From positions 32,001-96,000 of IMG/VR virus record IMGVR_UViG_3300014050_000003: 64,000 nucleotides of DNA; one strand, given 5' to 3'. Shown here piece by piece: positions 1 through 7,875 of this stretch. The notes under the pieces are model-generated. The model did not search any database, was not told where the DNA came from, and was given only the letters and a program-made list of their open reading frames with translations. Origin of the DNA: a virus. Within the stretch, counting starts at the first letter, position 1. Each line of letters starts with the position of its first letter. The translations under genes were made by a program, and so were the position numbers.

Positions 1-603
1 AGTGTATGAATCATAATAATTTTGTTTTCTGTTATCATCTTTTGATTCTTTATCATGTCTAAATATTAATCCTTTAAATTCCATTATAGGAACATTATTT
101 TCTTTAAAAAAATTAATTGCTTCATGTGCGCGTTCCCAATATTTTGGGTCCATTAATATTCCAATTTTTACTATAGATTGTTTTTCTATACCAAGTTTAA
201 CAATTTCTAATACATGTTTAAAATTGGCGTATCTTGGGTGAACGCTAAGATTTGTCATATTTATTTTGCTTAAATTTTTTTCCCAAAAATCCATTTTTGC
301 ACTTCCATTTGTATCTAAACCTATATAAAAATTATTTTCTTTAAAAAAGTCAATAAGATCATCTATGCCTTCATATATTGTAGGTTCTCCTCCAGTAAGA
401 CCTACGAATCTTTTTTGATATTGCATTATTTCTGGATTATCTAATAATAAATTTTTAAAAAAATTAATATAAGTTTGAATAGATATTAATGGTGTGGATC
501 CACTATTTAATTTTGGCGGACAATAAACGCATTGATAGTTGCATTTATTTAATATAGTAAATTGTATATTAAATTCATCATTTTCTATTGCTTTAATCTT
601 CAT
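1..603 (-). CDS. Radical SAM protein, runs off the window's left edge (not in ORF track)
   Basis: Manual translation from ATG at 603: MKIKAIENDEFNIQFTILNKCNYQCVYCPPK (CxxxCxxC), later LTGGEPT. Confidence 0.8.
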   Translation of the reverse strand, partial: MKIKAIENDEFNIQFTILNKCNYQCVYCPPKLNSGSTPLISIQTYINFFKNLLLDNPEIMQYQKRFVGLTGGEPTIYEGIDDLIDFFKENNFYIGLDTNGSAKMDFWEKNLSKINMTNLSVHPRYANFKHVLEIVKLGIEKQSIVKIGILMDPKYWERAHEAINFFKENNVPIMEFKGLIFRHDKESKDDNRKQNYYDSYT

Positions 604-1597
604 TGTTTTTAATAATTTTTGGAACTAAACATGTTTGTAACCTATATGATATAGAAAATATATGATTATTTTCATTTTCTATTTTTTGTTCGTTTTCTTT
701 TCTAGAATAAAAATATTCTTTTATAAGTGGTTCTAATCTTTTCCCATGTTGAGTAAATTTAAGAACTCCATAATTATCATATTCGATGTCATTGTCTGGA
801 TTATAATTTTCATTAATTAAAATATTGTGCCTTTCGTTATACTGCCTATTTTCCATGCTTCCATGCCAATAATGAATTATTAATCCATTTACATAATTGA
901 ATTTAACTCCTTCAAATTTTTTTTGATATGATAACCATTTATTCTTACTTGAAGTTGTTATTTTTTTATTAAACACATTTTCATAAGTTTCATCTTTCAA
1001 TATACAAAAATTAGATATCATTGAATCTGCTCCACCAATAATTTCTATATCATTTATTTTTTCAATTTTATTATAAAATAATTTATTTATTGCCCAAATT
1101 TGGCCAGTAGATGCACCAAATTTATTACGATTATTAAAATTAATTGCATTATACATTACGCTTTTATTAGACATGCATAGCATGCCATCTTTTCTAGCTA
1201 TCATTTGTAATTCATTATTTGAATTTAAATGTATAATTTCTGACCAAGGTTGTACTATATCGTATACTTTTAATTTTTCAATAGTTTCTTCGACCCACGA
1301 TGGATTTAAAAAATAAATATCTCTATCTGACCAAGCTATATATTCAGCTTCGTTTGGAAGATGTTTTATTGCAAGATTAATTAAATTTTCCTTAACCCAT
1401 AAAATATTATTAAGTTTAAATTTTAAATGTTTATATATTATATTAGAATAATCAGATAGTTCTTCATTATATATTCCTTCGCATAAAATAATTTTAAGAT
1501 TATCTCTTTTTGAATAATTTTGTATAAATAAATCTAAGTTTTTTTTGGCAAAAATTGATTTAGTAAAATCAAAATATGGCAATATTAAATATAACAT
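593..1597 (-). CDS. GT-A-fold glycosyltransferase-like protein
   Basis: WVKENLINLA, WSDRD (DxD), IIGGAD, HYWHGS motifs. Confidence 0.6.
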   Translation of the reverse strand: MLYLILPYFDFTKSIFAKKNLDLFIQNYSKRDNLKIILCEGIYNEELSDYSNIIYKHLKFKLNNILWVKENLINLAIKHLPNEAEYIAWSDRDIYFLNPSWVEETIEKLKVYDIVQPWSEIIHLNSNNELQMIARKDGMLCMSNKSVMYNAINFNNRNKFGASTGQIWAINKLFYNKIEKINDIEIIGGADSMISNFCILKDETYENVFNKKITTSSKNKWLSYQKKFEGVKFNYVNGLIIHYWHGSMENRQYNERHNILINENYNPDNDIEYDNYGVLKFTQHGKRLEPLIKEYFYSRKENEQKIENENNHIFSISYRLQTCLVPKIIKNNED

Positions 1598-1637
1598 ATA
1601 TCTTCTATATTAAATTATAATATAGATATTATTAAAG

Positions 1638-1865
1638 TCAATCAAAAATACTTTTATTTTTTTCTGGTATAAACTGAACTAATGCTTGATCACCATATAT
1701 TTGAAAAGAATACATTTTATATTTTTTATGTATTAACATATCTTTAAGTTGATTCATATACTGACTTTCCATATAAACTACAATCGTTTCGCCATCATGA
1801 ATATCAACGCCATATTCTTCTGCAAATTCAGAACAAATTGCTAGAGCTTCGTTTTGATCGCTCAT
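1638..1865 (-). CDS. Hypothetical protein (75 aa)
   Basis: ORF track; GTGTAA motif 8 nt upstream. Confidence 0.7.
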   Translation of the reverse strand: MSDQNEALAICSEFAEEYGVDIHDGETIVVYMESQYMNQLKDMLIHKKYKMYSFQIYGDQALVQFIPEKNKSIFD

Positions 1866-1873
1866 ATAATTAA

Positions 1874-1879
1874 TTACAC
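1874..1879 (-). promoter_or_regulatory. GTGTAA motif (candidate phage late promoter)
   Basis: 8 nt upstream of ATG at 1865. Confidence 0.55.
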
Positions 1880-1885
1880 GATAAT

Positions 1886-1972
1886 CGGGGCGAGTAGGAT
1901 TCGAACCTACGAATGTATTTCTACATCGGCAGTTTAGTAAACTGCTGTTTTAAACCGCTCAACCATCGCCCC
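1886..1972 (-). tRNA. tRNA-Ser, anticodon ACT, long variable arm, CCA not encoded
   Basis: Acceptor GGGGCGA/TCGCCCC, discriminator G; anticodon arm GCAGT-TTACTAA-ACTGC; variable arm GATGTA-GAAA-TACATT; T arm GTAGG-TTCGAAT-CCTAC. Confidence 0.9.
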
Positions 1973-1975
1973 CAT

Positions 1976-2047
1976 CTCCCAAACTAGGATTTGAACCTAG
2001 AACACCCTCGTTAACAGCGAGGCGCTCTACCATTGAGCTATTTGGGA
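1976..2047 (-). tRNA. tRNA-Asn(GTT), CCA not encoded
   Basis: Acceptor TCCCAAA/TTTGGGA; anticodon arm CCTCG-CTGTTAA-CGAGG; T arm CTAGG-TTCAAAT-CCTAG. Confidence 0.93.
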
Positions 2048-2052
2048 ATAAA

Positions 2053-2229
2053 TCAAATTATTTTAAAAACTTTAAGCATTATTATGCCAGACATAATAAT
2101 ACCAACAAATCCAGTAATTGTTCTAATAAGTTCCATTTTATGGTTATGCTTGTCTACCCATATCTCAAACTTATCTCTGAGTTTACCAGCTTTTTCTAAT
2201 TTCTTGAGTTTCTTTTTACTTATTTTCAT
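2053..2229 (-). CDS. Small membrane protein (58 aa, below ORF-track cutoff)
   Basis: MKISKKKLKKLEKAGKLRDKFEIWVDKHNHKMELIRTITGFVGIIMSGIIMLKVFKII; C-terminal hydrophobic helix; ATGA overlap with upstream ORF. Confidence 0.65.
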   Translation of the reverse strand: MKISKKKLKKLEKAGKLRDKFEIWVDKHNHKMELIRTITGFVGIIMSGIIMLKVFKII

Positions 2230-2390
2230 TTTTTTGAAATATAAAAATTATTTTTACCTTTTGGACATAATTTAATTATATATTCTTTTGCGGATTTATA
2301 ACCTTCTTTTGTTAAAGGAAATACTCCATGAAGAAAATTATCATTTTTAGAATGAATAGCGTAATATTTTTGTTTTTTAGTTTTAGGCAT
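2226..2390 (-). CDS. Small basic hypothetical protein (54 aa)
   Basis: MPKTKKQKYYAIHSKNDNFLHGVFPLTKEGYKSAKEY...; overlaps both neighbours in operon-like fashion. Confidence 0.6.
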   Translation of the reverse strand: MPKTKKQKYYAIHSKNDNFLHGVFPLTKEGYKSAKEYIIKLCPKGKNNFYISKK

Positions 2391-2556
2391 TTTTTTGTCT
2401 TTCATATTCTTGTATTAAATCTCTTAATAATTTAAGATGATGTACATCCCAACTATCTCCTGTGTCAGTTTTTTCTTTGTTTAAAAGGTCATAATATACG
2501 TTTTTTTCTATTATTTGATTCAATAGTGTTAGTATTTTATCATATAAATTATTCAT
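2383..2556 (-). CDS. Small hypothetical protein (57 aa)
   Basis: MNNLYDKILTLLNQIIEKNVYYDLLNKEKTDTGDSWDVHHLKLLRDLIQEYERQKNA; starts 6 nt after a -10 box. Confidence 0.6.
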   Translation of the reverse strand: MNNLYDKILTLLNQIIEKNVYYDLLNKEKTDTGDSWDVHHLKLLRDLIQEYERQKNA

Positions 2557-2562
2557 TAATAT

Positions 2563-2591
2563 ATTATATTAGAATATTTGCAAAAAGTCAA
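2563..2591 (-). promoter_or_regulatory. Sigma70-type promoter for the small-ORF/tRNA operon
   Basis: TTGACT-N17-TATAAT, ATG 6 nt downstream. Confidence 0.7.
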
Positions 2592-2605
2592 AAATCGTGT
2601 ATAAT
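2578..2605 (+). promoter_or_regulatory. Probable tmRNA promoter, divergent and overlapping the previous one
   Basis: TTGCAA-N16-TATAAT, 21 nt before the tmRNA 5' end. Confidence 0.45.
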
Positions 2606-2626
2606 CTTATATAGTTCTTTTACATT

Positions 2627-3014
2627 GGGCCCGAATTGGTTTCGATTTTATAGATCGAAATTAAAATGCAAGTGGAGGTTGAATCGAGGACTCCTTAAAA
2701 AGTTTCAATTATATTAACTGCCAAAACAGCTAAATATAAAGGTCATATCTCTGCTAGAGTTTCTCTAGTCGAGGAGACCGCTTCTGTAGCTTAAGTTCTA
2801 CAGCGTGACTACCTTGACACATCTATTGGATAGTTGCGTAATTAGATGTCTTATTATTAATAGTTTTTTTATTCTATTAATATTAAGTATTAAAAATAAA
2901 ATCGCTAAGTATGTTTGTTCTTTATCTATATGAAGCTAAAAACAAAAAGAACTAAACTTGTAGTATTTTAATTTAAATCTTTAAAAGACCGCAGTTCAAC
3001 TCTGCGCGGGTCCA
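2627..3014 (+). ncRNA. ssrA: tmRNA; tag ORF 2720-2794 AKTAKYKGHISARVSLVEETASVA*
   Basis: 5' GGGCCCG...GGTTTCGA; 3' GACCGCAGTTCAACTCTGCG-CGGGTCCA; G3:U70 alanine identity pair; TTAACT-GCC resume context. Confidence 0.9.
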
Positions 3015-3030
3015 AGTTTATTAAAAATAA

Positions 3031-3036
3031 GTGTAA
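3031..3036 (+). promoter_or_regulatory. GTGTAA motif
   Basis: 9 nt upstream of ATG at 3046. Confidence 0.55.
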
Positions 3037-3045
3037 TATATCAAT

Positions 3046-3387
3046 ATGCAAACAATTAATGTAAAAATAATAATAAATTCAATTCCTAAAACAATTCAAT
3101 CCGAGAATACTCGTCCTTGCCCAAGAGTTAATTGTTTTAAATATCCGCAAATTCCAGTTGATTTAAATAAAAAAGGTGAATATTATTTTAATTATGAAGT
3201 AAAAACTAAAAAGGGCGAGAGATGTGGTATAGATATATTTAGTTGGACAAATAATGATGTACAAATAATAAGCAATCCAAGATTACCAATAGAACAGCAA
3301 CCAGCTGGAGATAATTTAGATCAAATAAAAAGGACTATAAATATATTAAAACCTGGAGATTATAGTTTTATAATAGATATTACATAA
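3046..3387 (+). CDS. Hypothetical protein
   Basis: ORF track; GTGTAA motif upstream. Confidence 0.65.
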   Translation: MQTINVKIIINSIPKTIQSENTRPCPRVNCFKYPQIPVDLNKKGEYYFNYEVKTKKGERCGIDIFSWTNNDVQIISNPRLPIEQQPAGDNLDQIKRTINILKPGDYSFIIDIT

Positions 3388-3391
3388 ATTA

Positions 3392-4156
3392 TTATTTATT
3401 AATAATTTCTTCTAATAAGGCGATTAATTTATTTTGTTTTGATAATTCTCCAGCGATATTATGTTTATCAATATTAAATGGATAGTAAATAATATTTTTA
3501 AATTTTTTAATTCTTTTTATTCTTGCTTGTTCTTTTATATTTTTAGAATGAACAATATAAATTTCTAACTTATAATTTTTATCGTATTTATAATTAGATA
3601 CAATTGTTTCAATATCTTTATATTCTTTTTTCAAATTTAATAATAATTCTAAAGACTTTTCATATGTTATTCCTCTTTGTTGTGCATAAAAAATTTTATC
3701 AATTCCATATCTTTTAACCATATTTAAAATAATTCTTTTACTTATATATGTAATTGGATTAAATACTATAACTTTGATTTTATTAACATTCTGTAGTGAA
3801 TTCATATTCAAGCTATGGGCTATTGCCCCAAATCCACCCATACTAGTTCCAATAAAAAAAATTTCTTTATATTGATGAAAATTTATTAATTGTTCTAATT
3901 TAGAACATGTTTCTTTTATATTAGAAGAATATTTAGGAATACCATTAATATAATGGCTGCCTTGAATGTCACAAAAAAATAAACTGCTAAAATTAAATTT
4001 GTTTTTAGGGCCAAATGTTTTATAAAAATCAAATTTTATAAAAGAAGTAGCTCCAGTAAATATTACTGCTAATTTATTGGTTTTTTCATTTTTAAAAAAA
4101 AGATAACTTTCTTTTGTGCTATTTTTTAAAAAATAAGTTTCATCATAATCTTGCAT
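3392..4156 (-). CDS. Alpha/beta-hydrolase-fold protein
   Basis: GTSMGG nucleophile elbow; C-terminal His (DKHN). Confidence 0.6.
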   Translation of the reverse strand: MQDYDETYFLKNSTKESYLFFKNEKTNKLAVIFTGATSFIKFDFYKTFGPKNKFNFSSLFFCDIQGSHYINGIPKYSSNIKETCSKLEQLINFHQYKEIFFIGTSMGGFGAIAHSLNMNSLQNVNKIKVIVFNPITYISKRIILNMVKRYGIDKIFYAQQRGITYEKSLELLLNLKKEYKDIETIVSNYKYDKNYKLEIYIVHSKNIKEQARIKRIKKFKNIIYYPFNIDKHNIAGELSKQNKLIALLEEIINK

Positions 4157-4170
4157 AATTTTGCATAATT

Positions 4171-5163
4171 TTAAATGATATTTTTGTTTCCAGAAAAAAT
4201 AATTTCAACATATTCATCAATATTATTACTAATATAAGATTTTATAAAAGATTGCATTGCTTTTAAAGTATTAAATTTATATAGATTATTATTTTGAAAT
4301 AATTTGTATGTATTTATTTGTTCAAGAATATCACATTTATTTATAATTAATTTTGTAACACCAGATATTTTTATAGCATCAATTAATTTATTTAAATTAA
4401 GCCAATTAACAATTCTACGTCTTCCAGTAGTTGACCCAAATTCTTTTCCAATTTCTATTACCATATTCAATACTTCATCATTCCATAAGCTTTCTGGAAA
4501 TAAAGGATCTACGCCACTTTTTGTATCATAAATTTTAGCTACTCCAATTATATCTCTTATTTTTTTAGGACTAAAACCTAAAGAGCAAGCATTATAAGGT
4601 AAAGTTTCGCTACTTGTTACATATGGATAATCTCCATAATTTATATCTAACCAAAAACTCTGCGCACCTTCACAAAGAATATTCCCTTTAAGTTCTCCAT
4701 CCCAAATATATTTTTTATCAATATAATCTTTTGCTAATTTTCCAATTCGTAGCATTTTGTCTGCATATGCTGGAGCAATTCCTTGTCCAGTTGTGCCAAG
4801 TTTTGGTTTTAAGAATTTAAGATCATACTGAATATGTCTTTCAGTAATGATATGAGCTTTAGGACTAACTTTAATTAAAGAAGTGTCGAAGCCTTCTTTT
4901 TGTAAATATTCTATTTCATCAAAAAATTTATCAATATTGATAACGCAATTTGGACCGATAATACTAAGTTTATCTTGAAAAACTCCACAAGGAATAATAT
5001 GAGTTTTATATTTTTTATCATTAAGATAAACTGTATGACCTGCGTTTGGACCGCCATTCCAACGACAAACAATATCATAATTTTTAGCAATAGCATTACT
5101 TATCTTGCCTTTGCCTTCATCTCCCCAAGCTAAACCGAAAATAATATCAACTGCTTTGACCAT
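4171..5163 (-). CDS. purA: Adenylosuccinate synthetase (short form)
   Basis: WGDEGKGK, GGPNAGHT, GTTGQGIAPAY, EGAQ, YPYVTSS, TTGRRR, NKCD; start refined to MVKAVD at 5163. Confidence 0.93.
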   Translation of the reverse strand: MVKAVDIIFGLAWGDEGKGKISNAIAKNYDIVCRWNGGPNAGHTVYLNDKKYKTHIIPCGVFQDKLSIIGPNCVINIDKFFDEIEYLQKEGFDTSLIKVSPKAHIITERHIQYDLKFLKPKLGTTGQGIAPAYADKMLRIGKLAKDYIDKKYIWDGELKGNILCEGAQSFWLDINYGDYPYVTSSETLPYNACSLGFSPKKIRDIIGVAKIYDTKSGVDPLFPESLWNDEVLNMVIEIGKEFGSTTGRRRIVNWLNLNKLIDAIKISGVTKLIINKCDILEQINTYKLFQNNNLYKFNTLKAMQSFIKSYISNNIDEYVEIIFSGNKNII

Positions 5164-5404
5164 TTTGTTTTTTAGCAATTTCTTCTAAATAATTAACAAG
5201 CATTTTTTTACAAAAATCATATCCTTCCTTACCACAACAATGCTTAAATTTCTTTCCTTCCAAGGCGCATAAATCATTTCTGCCCATTTTAGGCGCTACT
5301 CTATGAATTGGTGCTCCACCATAAGCTCTAATATATGGAGTATCTACATGACTAAAATCAATTTTTTGATTAGATGAGCTAGAGCTATTATTTTCTGTTT
5401 CCAT
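5147..5404 (-). CDS. SEC-C motif metal-binding protein
   Basis: KMGRNDLC...GKKFKHCCG. Confidence 0.75.
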   Translation of the reverse strand: METENNSSSSSNQKIDFSHVDTPYIRAYGGAPIHRVAPKMGRNDLCALEGKKFKHCCGKEGYDFCKKMLVNYLEEIAKKQNGQSS

Positions 5405-5405
5405 T

Positions 5406-5618
5406 TTATGGATACTCTACTGATGGAGATCTTAAATCAAAGATAGAAACTTTTTCAGTTTCTCCAGACAATCTTTTTACAATTACATTGGCTTCATCAA
5501 TAACAGAATCTACCTGTCCATAATAATAATCATTCTTTACATAATCTTTAATTATTACCATTTTTCTTCCAATAATCTTTTTTAAGATATTTAGTTTTAT
5601 GTTATTTTTAATACTCAT
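5406..5618 (-). CDS. Small hypothetical protein (possible SH3/Sm-like barrel)
   Basis: ORF track; beta-rich pattern; TTGACG-N17-TAATAT upstream. Confidence 0.55.
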   Translation of the reverse strand: MSIKNNIKLNILKKIIGRKMVIIKDYVKNDYYYGQVDSVIDEANVIVKRLSGETEKVSIFDLRSPSVEYP

Positions 5619-5642
5619 TATATTAATATATTACTTTATATT

Positions 5643-6335
5643 TTATATTTCGTCAATATCATTTATTTGTATTAATTTAATTTTATTATTTTTATTAATT
5701 AAAATATAAGATGCTTGTTTTTCACAAAAACTTCCAGTATTAATGTATTTTTCGGTTTGTTCTGGTAAATGAGTATGACCACAAATTATAGTATTATAAC
5801 CATTCATATCAATATATTTGATAGCGTTTTGTTTGATATCGGAGCTTTTTTCAACAAAATCATTTGTATGATGTTTAAATATTCTAAAAAAATCATCTGC
5901 AAATGGAGTATAATGTCTAACAAAATAATATGCTTTTATAATAAAATTAGTAATCCACTTATATTTTGTGAAATAAATATCAAAAATATCGCCATGAACT
6001 ACTAATATTTTTTTATCTTTTAATTCTATGATATGTTCGTCCTTACAATTAAATCCAAGAAGAATACTCATAAACTCTGCTTTAAGAAAACAATGATTGC
6101 CAATCAAATAAATTATTTTAGATTTTTTAGAAAGCTTGCGTAATTTAGACAATACTTTCCAATGAGTTTTATTTAGTCTGTGTAAATTGTGGTGGTCAAA
6201 AAGATCCCCAGCAATTATAATAGTTTTCGCTTTGTTTTGTTTTAAAACTTTTAATAATAATTCAGCTTTACAATCTTTATCTCCAAGATGAATATCTGAT
6301 ATTATTAAATATTTATTTTGTTTCCTGTGAGCCAT
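5643..6335 (-). CDS. Calcineurin-like metallophosphoesterase, LpxH/YbbF-like
   Basis: SDIHLG, GDLFD, GNH, HGD, GHTH, NTGS. Confidence 0.8.
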   Translation of the reverse strand: MAHRKQNKYLIISDIHLGDKDCKAELLLKVLKQNKAKTIIIAGDLFDHHNLHRLNKTHWKVLSKLRKLSKKSKIIYLIGNHCFLKAEFMSILLGFNCKDEHIIELKDKKILVVHGDIFDIYFTKYKWITNFIIKAYYFVRHYTPFADDFFRIFKHHTNDFVEKSSDIKQNAIKYIDMNGYNTIICGHTHLPEQTEKYINTGSFCEKQASYILINKNNKIKLIQINDIDEI

Positions 6336-6750
6336 TATTTTTAGTTCTTAAATAGTTAATTACAACTAACAAATTTAAAATATCTTTTTCTTTAATGTTT
6401 TTAGGATCGCAAAAATCAGTTGTAGTCTTAAATTCGTGACAATAAAAATTTATTGTCTCAGCTATTTTTGATGCTAAAGAATAAGATATTTCTATATTTT
6501 GACTAACATTAGATAATGGTTTAAATAAAGCCCAAATTTGATTTTTTTTATTTATAAGTGATGATCTGACGATATCATTTTTTTCTAATTCTTGTAAAGC
6601 AAGTAAAACCATCGCTTTTTCTTCTTCTGGTTCTTTACCTGTTATTCCTAATAAATCTCTATATTTAGAAAGTTCAAATATAGAATTATTTTCGAAATAA
6701 TTTAATAATAACACTACATATTCTACAATAGTTTTATTTTCCATGAGCAA
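6313..6750 (-). CDS. Hypothetical protein (possible winged helix)
   Basis: ORF track; operon position. Confidence 0.6.
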   Translation of the reverse strand: MLMENKTIVEYVVLLLNYFENNSIFELSKYRDLLGITGKEPEEEKAMVLLALQELEKNDIVRSSLINKKNQIWALFKPLSNVSQNIEISYSLASKIAETINFYCHEFKTTTDFCDPKNIKEKDILNLLVVINYLRTKNNGSQETK

Positions 6751-7840
6751 AACTTTCGTACATATTATTTGCTGTTGTTCTGACGGCTATTATTTTACCT
6801 GTCCATAATCCACCACGCATCTCTTCTATAGTTCTAAAACCAAGATAACTCATAGTACTTCTAAGTCCATTAGCAAAATCATAAACTACATCTTCTATTG
6901 ATTTATCTTGAATAAGAGGAATCATTGTTTTATCTCCTTCTACAAAAAGATTTTTCTTACTACCATCGTATAGTTCATAATCCTCTACTACATCTTTACT
7001 TGCCATTCCTCTGTATACTGCAAATAATTTACCATCTTTTTCTACAATATTTTCTTCATCAACAACATCACTCAATCCAGCAAATATTCTTCCGCAAATT
7101 ACTCCATCTGCTCCACTTGCAATAGCTTTAGCTAAATCTCTTGGATTTCTAATTCCACCATCTGCAAGAATACTTGGTCTATTTTCTTCTTTAGGATTTT
7201 CTTGTCTAAAATGATCCAAATTAGATAATTGATAATTTCTAATTGCAGTCCAAGCATAAGATAATCCAGTAACACTTGGACAACCAATTCCAGTTTTAAT
7301 TTGAGTTAAACACATACTTCCTGGACCAATCAAATGTCTAAATCCGTCAGCTTTCAAATTCGCTAATCTATAAACGCTTGCTTTGGTAAGTGTATTTCCA
7401 ACAATAATATCTTGTTTATATTGAGACTGCTTATACCATATTAAGAAATCTTCGACACTTTTAGCCAAACCATTAGCAGTATCTAAAAAGAATATATCTG
7501 TATATTTAGATAGTCCTTGAATCCTTTCTAAGGCATCTTTTAAACCAATAGCACATATTGATCTTCCACTTTCATCTTTAATTTTTTTAGCTTTAAGCGA
7601 TTGTTCCTCAACAGGCATGAACCTATGAAGAACTCCAGCACAACCAATTTTATTAGCCTTGATACACGACTTAACAGAAGAAACTGTATCCATCGGTGAT
7701 AATACTATCGGAATATCAATATAGTTGTTTTTAGAAATTTTCGTTCTTGTACTTACTTCTTTTCTTGAAACTATATCTGAAAAATTAGGTAAAAGTGAAA
7801 TATCATCATATCCGATAGCTTCTTTAAAAATTACTTGCAT
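6734..7840 (-). CDS. IMP dehydrogenase/GMP reductase family oxidoreductase, no CBS domains
   Basis: YDDISLLP, SPMDTV, GVLHRF, IGPGSMCLT, LADGGIR, YRGMAS, VEG, GLRSTMSYLG. Confidence 0.88.
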   Translation of the reverse strand: MQVIFKEAIGYDDISLLPNFSDIVSRKEVSTRTKISKNNYIDIPIVLSPMDTVSSVKSCIKANKIGCAGVLHRFMPVEEQSLKAKKIKDESGRSICAIGLKDALERIQGLSKYTDIFFLDTANGLAKSVEDFLIWYKQSQYKQDIIVGNTLTKASVYRLANLKADGFRHLIGPGSMCLTQIKTGIGCPSVTGLSYAWTAIRNYQLSNLDHFRQENPKEENRPSILADGGIRNPRDLAKAIASGADGVICGRIFAGLSDVVDEENIVEKDGKLFAVYRGMASKDVVEDYELYDGSKKNLFVEGDKTMIPLIQDKSIEDVVYDFANGLRSTMSYLGFRTIEEMRGGLWTGKIIAVRTTANNMYESFAHGK

Positions 7841-7846
7841 TGTAAA

Positions 7847-7875
7847 ATAATAATATAAATATATTAATTAGTCAA
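7847..7875 (-). promoter_or_regulatory. Sigma70-type promoter
   Basis: TTGACT-N17-TATTAT, ATG 6 nt downstream. Confidence 0.6.

Noticed and set aside
1886-1972. Amber suppressor tRNA (CTA in the loop) and stop-codon recoding
   Set aside because: In the 7-nt loop TTACTAA positions 34-36 are ACT; genes are full length in code 11 and both TAG and TGA serve as stops (e.g. 24142, 43363, 54833)
2033-2717. Plus-strand ORFs 2033-2275 and 2526-2717
   Set aside because: They overlap tRNA-Asn, better minus-strand ORFs and the tmRNA
4171-5163. PurZ / 2-aminoadenine (Z-genome) pathway
   Set aside because: The motif is GDEGKG with the PurA catalytic Asp (PurZ has Ser), TTGRRR is retained, and no DatZ/MazZ-like gene is recognisable nearby
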